This document shows, piece by piece, positions 60,401 to 64,000 of a stretch of 64,000 nucleotides of DNA. Within the stretch, counting starts at the first letter, position 1; every line of letters begins with the position of its first letter. The position numbers and the translations under genes were made by a program. The notes under the pieces are model-generated. The model was not told the origin of the DNA. It saw nothing but the letters and a program-made list of their open reading frames with translations, and ran no database searches. The stretch covers positions 1-64,000 of IMG/VR virus record IMGVR_UViG_3300037054_000148; one strand, given 5' to 3'.

Positions 60401-61095
60401 TTCTAGCCGCCCAAAGACAACAGGAGTCAGGGGGAACAGGAGATACCCGCCTACTCTCTGGTGGTTATATGAAAAATGTTAAAGACTCATGGAATGACCC
60501 TAAGTCCAACTCCTATAAAGGGCTTCATGCACAGTACAAGACAGTGGAAGAGGCTCTGGCGGATACCCCTATTGGACTCGCTCAAACTAAACCCTCCACG
60601 GCGAAGCATATTATGGGAAGAGCCGGTCTTAAATTTGACAAGGATATGTTCATGGGAACAGGTAAGTATGCCAAAGGCCAGGGTCGAGACGAAGAAGTAA
60701 AAAATTCCCAGCTTCAGGTTCAGCAACTTGGGATGACTCAGTTAGAGTCAGACTTTAAACAAGAGTATGGCGAGGCCATCAAAGGGGTCAACATCCACGC
60801 ATTATCACTAGCCGCTTGGGATGGTGGCAAGGGAATGGTAGAAAAGGCCCTAGGTAAGGCAATTAAATCTGGTGATGTCACCCAGTGGAATTCCCCAGCC
60901 AATCTCCCAAGTCAAGAAGCGCGAAAATATGTAGGAGAAACTTTAGCTAGAGCCAATCAGAGTATTACCAATAATTACAATGTAGATGCCTCTGCGCTTA
61001 CGAATGTGGCCTCTGTTTCCGCTGGTAACTCAAGAGAGACCGCCCCAAGTCGTGGTGGCCTCTTAGCTTCTAACCAGAAGCTATCGGGGTTCTAA
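57406..61095 (+). CDS. tape measure protein with C-terminal lytic transglycosylase (SLT-like) domain
   Basis: 1229 aa, helical Gly/Ala-rich; QESGG, GLAQ..PSTA, LAAWDGG.G, EARKYV. Confidence 0.8.
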   Translation: MAARASAISRETLETLKGMKTILGDNLSVAADLKIVLDQMYNPIEKSEKVLKDWGDSLHHVADFVSDGIDKFKQLNALTMRIHRLDAEDVKNKEKSIKLLRDLKAEYTDLKTLHTGDLKKLQDIDKVLNSIGEAEGAVATGAADISDKLKAAAENARGVNEAFDDMDYSKPIASAHKLGKSLDDGISGALRGLKLLDNFGFKGLFGNLANMQMKIKQIKEETIKSGQARAGQYNRAAGSAYKEFTSGDVMRREEGFSQLGGLYKNAETPEARAGLVRQLSGKTGVTGMLDRALGKRALAAAGGGNLGFAGKMGMGLMESGGGSVLGGAAMQMAGPMAAIYGLVQLFSKGFERNKEIYSKLGGGGIVQRGNMGANYNKWSNALSAGGLGQGPGSARYFDLNFEKMTDLMKEVIESGQAVQNKYGMINGGMSPDQALTGGRATNVYSGIVRNAAMFGKNIGLDSGESAKLTMKLMHDFSLSMGEVEDMFIGIDKAVQVTGISTIAYLKLIDDVTSQFDKLNKSLNYTCGLMLLLGNNAKYTDDDIKGMVKGLTGNKKPYEQAIYGYQMAGPQGREELAKARQTQYRRTGAGLEKELGLGEGALEGMTREQIQNMVASGHPEQQALATRYLNDRNRGRSAMAKHGAFDLATQDELYGHDIRSDTTTQLSLLNSILPKGTHISDFIGGTKGAENRVQNLMSNKEFMGKANYLNISPEGISAKLGAAGQQIIGGISAAATTGGKEGEAARGKFTNISAGGWKEIRDALAEGKGISGTKAVQGALSGLGADQLGDVIVDAEEKAAAEKAKQNQSFITTPLDRINKSLDSIVENLITLLQKAVNFFNWNILGKDAYQAAKQNKEEAENYRQNQMPMDKTALGGVLKTVRGGMEKPYTAEKGKHLHDALGEIYLNSKELLGHLGHDTVSSDARKEANNALAFLFSPKRNFKDIGDVNDAKSRITNALKSVTDSEAAGEKANANMLSTSKEKTTETGATGADGTGMELLAAQRQQESGGTGDTRLLSGGYMKNVKDSWNDPKSNSYKGLHAQYKTVEEALADTPIGLAQTKPSTAKHIMGRAGLKFDKDMFMGTGKYAKGQGRDEEVKNSQLQVQQLGMTQLESDFKQEYGEAIKGVNIHALSLAAWDGGKGMVEKALGKAIKSGDVTQWNSPANLPSQEARKYVGETLARANQSITNNYNVDASALTNVASVSAGNSRETAPSRGGLLASNQKLSGF

Positions 61096-62169
61096 ATGGC
61101 CACTCCCACTACTCCTCTTGGTGATCTCGGGTTCACAGCGACAACTGCTCAACCCGTTCAGTCCTCCCTCACCTCGTCTCAGGCTACCGGTCAGATGAGC
61201 CAAGCCCTTGACACCTTAGTCAGATACACAGATCTCGCTAACGCCCCATGGTGGCAAATTGGTTTCACCGGTAACCCTACCTTAAAGCGTTTGAAGTCCC
61301 CTGTAACTTTTCAGGTGGGACTGGATGCAACCAGACCTTCAGTCATGCTTCCTAAATCTCAATCTAATCAGACTCCACTGACTCTGAAGTTAAATTGCAG
61401 TCTGACTCAAGTGTCCCACCAGATGAAGCATATTATTAACAAAGCCAACACCAGATCTGGTGTACACCTCACCTTCTGGGGTATGGAGCCAGACCTGATT
61501 ACTGGTTCGGGCAGCACCGGCCTTTTCATGAATCGGTATGGTATTACAGAGATTATGTCATTGGAGGACGATACCGATTTTTTGGAGCAGTCCATTGATC
61601 AGTCTGCTTACGGCAGTTCCTCACCCAATGCTTATGGTCAGCCTTACACTGGCCCAGACGCCTCTCCAGTGGCCCTGGCTAAACTACGGGGAATGTTCCC
61701 GCAGCATAGATTCAGGGTTGCCGCACAGGATGCCTTCATGGAGCTTTTGAGCCTTTTCAAAAATAATGGAATAACCAGATTCGTCTCGGCTGATTCTGAC
61801 TCTCCTTTTAACAATAGGACTCAGCTATCTCCCACCATTTGGTCTGCCCAATATGGGTCTAATACTTCGCAAAGAAACGCGAGAAATAATGATGTAATGG
61901 TTAAGGGGCAGGTTACCATGAACTTTAAGGGGAACACCTACCAGGGTTACTTCAAGTCTTTAACTTGGACAATGGATGCAAACTCCCCTTATCAATGGAA
62001 ATTTGATTTTATTTTTCAAGTAGAACGAGCCATTAACTATGTATTTTACACACAGAGTTCTGCTGCGGCCCAGGCTGCCTCTAATGCTGCTTTTAATGCC
62101 AGGGTAACTGGAGCGGCTAACTCCCTTTCCGCTTCGGGCGTGGCTGGGAGCCAAGAGCTTGTTGGATAA
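61096..62169 (+). CDS. putative baseplate/tail tube initiator-like protein
   Basis: Follows the tape measure gene; shares T..G...WG and Y.G.F motifs with the next gene. Confidence 0.6.
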   Translation: MATPTTPLGDLGFTATTAQPVQSSLTSSQATGQMSQALDTLVRYTDLANAPWWQIGFTGNPTLKRLKSPVTFQVGLDATRPSVMLPKSQSNQTPLTLKLNCSLTQVSHQMKHIINKANTRSGVHLTFWGMEPDLITGSGSTGLFMNRYGITEIMSLEDDTDFLEQSIDQSAYGSSSPNAYGQPYTGPDASPVALAKLRGMFPQHRFRVAAQDAFMELLSLFKNNGITRFVSADSDSPFNNRTQLSPTIWSAQYGSNTSQRNARNNDVMVKGQVTMNFKGNTYQGYFKSLTWTMDANSPYQWKFDFIFQVERAINYVFYTQSSAAAQAASNAAFNARVTGAANSLSASGVAGSQELVG

Positions 62170-62187
62170 CCATGGACGATAACTAAA

Positions 62188-63117
62188 ATGTCAGACTCTT
62201 ACCTCAACCCTATTTGGAACTCCCCCTACTTTGACCTCACCTCAGTGACCAAGGTAGGGACACTCCCAGTTCGCGGGGAGACTCGTCTGGTGCCAGTGGG
62301 TATGTTATCCTCATCAGTGGCCCCTCCTCCACAGCTTCAAACTTCTGGATCAGATGAGTCCTCTCAGGTTCCCTCAGCCTATGAGGCCATCTCATTTGCA
62401 AAATCAACCTTCACTGACTACATGAACATCACTATCCCATCTCGTAGATCAGCCTCCACTGACTACTTTGAAGCGGATTACACCTATCGGTTTCTCATTA
62501 ATCCTCACACTCTGAGTGTTTCCCATCAGACTGCGGATAGCCAAAGCATGACACGTGGGGGTTGGCAATTTGGAGTGTGGGGTGAGGATGTGGTGGAACT
62601 TCATATGACTGGTATTACAGCCGGAGATTACTTCCAAAATGGGTTATCGGATCAGTGGGAAGAATATAGTCTGAGCTATCGTAATCTTGCAGAACTCACA
62701 AATGTAGTGCTAAATAACGGTTACTGGTTTGAGGGCGAAGAGGTAAACACAGCCTGGAATGCCCCCGATTACACCAGAAAGCGTATTAAGAGCCATGGGG
62801 ATGTAGTGGTTAGAGTGGGGAATTTCATGTGGAGCGGAATGTTTACAAATATGACTCATACTAAATCCGCAGAAAACCCGTTTTATAACACGTTTGATAT
62901 TGGATTTATTGCCTGGAAGGAGCGGTTTGCCTCCGGATCTCCCTGGCTCTCCGCCATCAGAAATAACACTTATCGTGGACATTCAAAGGAACTTCTTCTA
63001 GCTACCCCCTCCGCTACCCCTCAGTCTCAAGTGCCAGTAGACCAGTCAGTCTCTAATTCTGTAATCACAACGGCCCCCATAGCCCCAAGTTTTCTACATA
63101 TTGTAGAGTCAGCCTAA
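62188..63117 (+). CDS. putative baseplate/tail tube initiator-like protein
   Basis: INP..L...TRGG...WGED...G.T pattern. Confidence 0.6.
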   Translation: MSDSYLNPIWNSPYFDLTSVTKVGTLPVRGETRLVPVGMLSSSVAPPPQLQTSGSDESSQVPSAYEAISFAKSTFTDYMNITIPSRRSASTDYFEADYTYRFLINPHTLSVSHQTADSQSMTRGGWQFGVWGEDVVELHMTGITAGDYFQNGLSDQWEEYSLSYRNLAELTNVVLNNGYWFEGEEVNTAWNAPDYTRKRIKSHGDVVVRVGNFMWSGMFTNMTHTKSAENPFYNTFDIGFIAWKERFASGSPWLSAIRNNTYRGHSKELLLATPSATPQSQVPVDQSVSNSVITTAPIAPSFLHIVESA

Positions 63118-64000
63118 ATGATCACCCCCTCTTCCCCTAATCCTGTTTCAGCGAATCCACTCACGGCTTCGCCAACCCCAGCATCTAAAATTCGTAATAT
63201 TGTGCAGTCTGCACAAGAGCGGGAAATTGTCAAAACAGCCCCAGATATGGTGGTTTATATTGATTCTCTACCCTTTATAAACAACCCCTATCTGAGTCAG
63301 GGCTCAACAAATATGGTGGCAGTTAATTTTAACGATTACGTCACCTCCATCATTACTTCCTATAGTATAGATTCCTTTATGCCCTCCGGAGCTATCAATC
63401 TGTCCGTCCCAAACGGATCTAAGCAGTTATTCATGGCTCCAGGTGGCAACACGATTATTGATATTATGAGTGCGGTTAGAATTTATGCCAAAAGCTATTT
63501 TTTTGCTGCTGATGGTAACACCATTTTTCGCCGCATATTCAATGGCTTGATCAAGTCAGTAGGTCTAAACGAAACCCCGACTAGTTTGGAAATCACAATA
63601 GGGATTGTAGGGATTTGCCGCCTTCTTGAAATGACCCAAATCGAACTAAGTAAGGCCCTCATTTCAGATTCAAGTTCCCTAGTTACGGTGTTTAGGACCA
63701 ATCAGGCGTACCTGAACGTCTACGGGGCTCTGTACGACACCTTTCATAGAGATGTGGATTTCAGTGAATTCCTGCAAGAGGCATTCCAGCAAACTTTCAT
63801 GGAAGATGACAGGGATAAACTGGTCATTCAAAATGAATATGCTTCCAAATGGGCCGCAAGACTCCAAGATCTGTGTAGGGATGTCCGACTATTTGGTTGG
63901 TCTTCCAATAATAAATCCATTTCATCTCCCGTCACTACAGGTGCGACCGCTGCTCAACAAAATTCCGTGATCGCCAGCCAGTCTGGAGCCGCCCCTACTC
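63118..64000 (+). CDS. putative baseplate hub protein (runs off the window)
   Basis: ATG right after the previous stop; MITPSSPNP...EIVKTAPDMVVYID; apparently open to the window end. Confidence 0.6.
   Translation, partial: MITPSSPNPVSANPLTASPTPASKIRNIVQSAQEREIVKTAPDMVVYIDSLPFINNPYLSQGSTNMVAVNFNDYVTSIITSYSIDSFMPSGAINLSVPNGSKQLFMAPGGNTIIDIMSAVRIYAKSYFFAADGNTIFRRIFNGLIKSVGLNETPTSLEITIGIVGICRLLEMTQIELSKALISDSSSLVTVFRTNQAYLNVYGALYDTFHRDVDFSEFLQEAFQQTFMEDDRDKLVIQNEYASKWAARLQDLCRDVRLFGWSSNNKSISSPVTTGATAAQQNSVIASQSGAAPT

Overview
This window is part of a large (jumbo-type) tailed phage genome. Positions 1-54.9 kb are almost entirely minus-strand accessory, RNA-metabolism and replication genes: a DUF2828/Ro60-like TROVE-vWA protein, two 2H phosphoesterases, a P-loop kinase, an RNA ligase, metallophosphoesterases, a disrupted LemA-TPM pair, an NTase-HD fusion, a DnaB-like helicase, an intein-containing DinG-like helicase, a collagen-like protein, rIIA/rIIB, dUTPase and an intein-containing class II ribonucleotide reductase. 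From 55.1 kb the strand switches to a tail module that includes a tape measure protein with a lytic transglycosylase domain. Between about 6.4 and 19 kb lies a 12.5 kb minus-strand RNA island with about 17 tRNAs, a tmRNA, several aberrant CCA-ended tRNA-like RNAs, long ORF-poor structured stretches and four HNH endonuclease genes. The strongest novel signal is a family of six small RNA elements: a covarying GAC(G/A/C)C terminal stem followed by RCAGCAA and a variable interior. Two sit directly in front of the Ro60-like gene and four lie among the tRNAs, which suggests a Ro60/Y-RNA-like ribonucleoprotein system alongside a full RNA-repair kit. All family assignments come from motif recognition by eye; no searches or folding programs were run.
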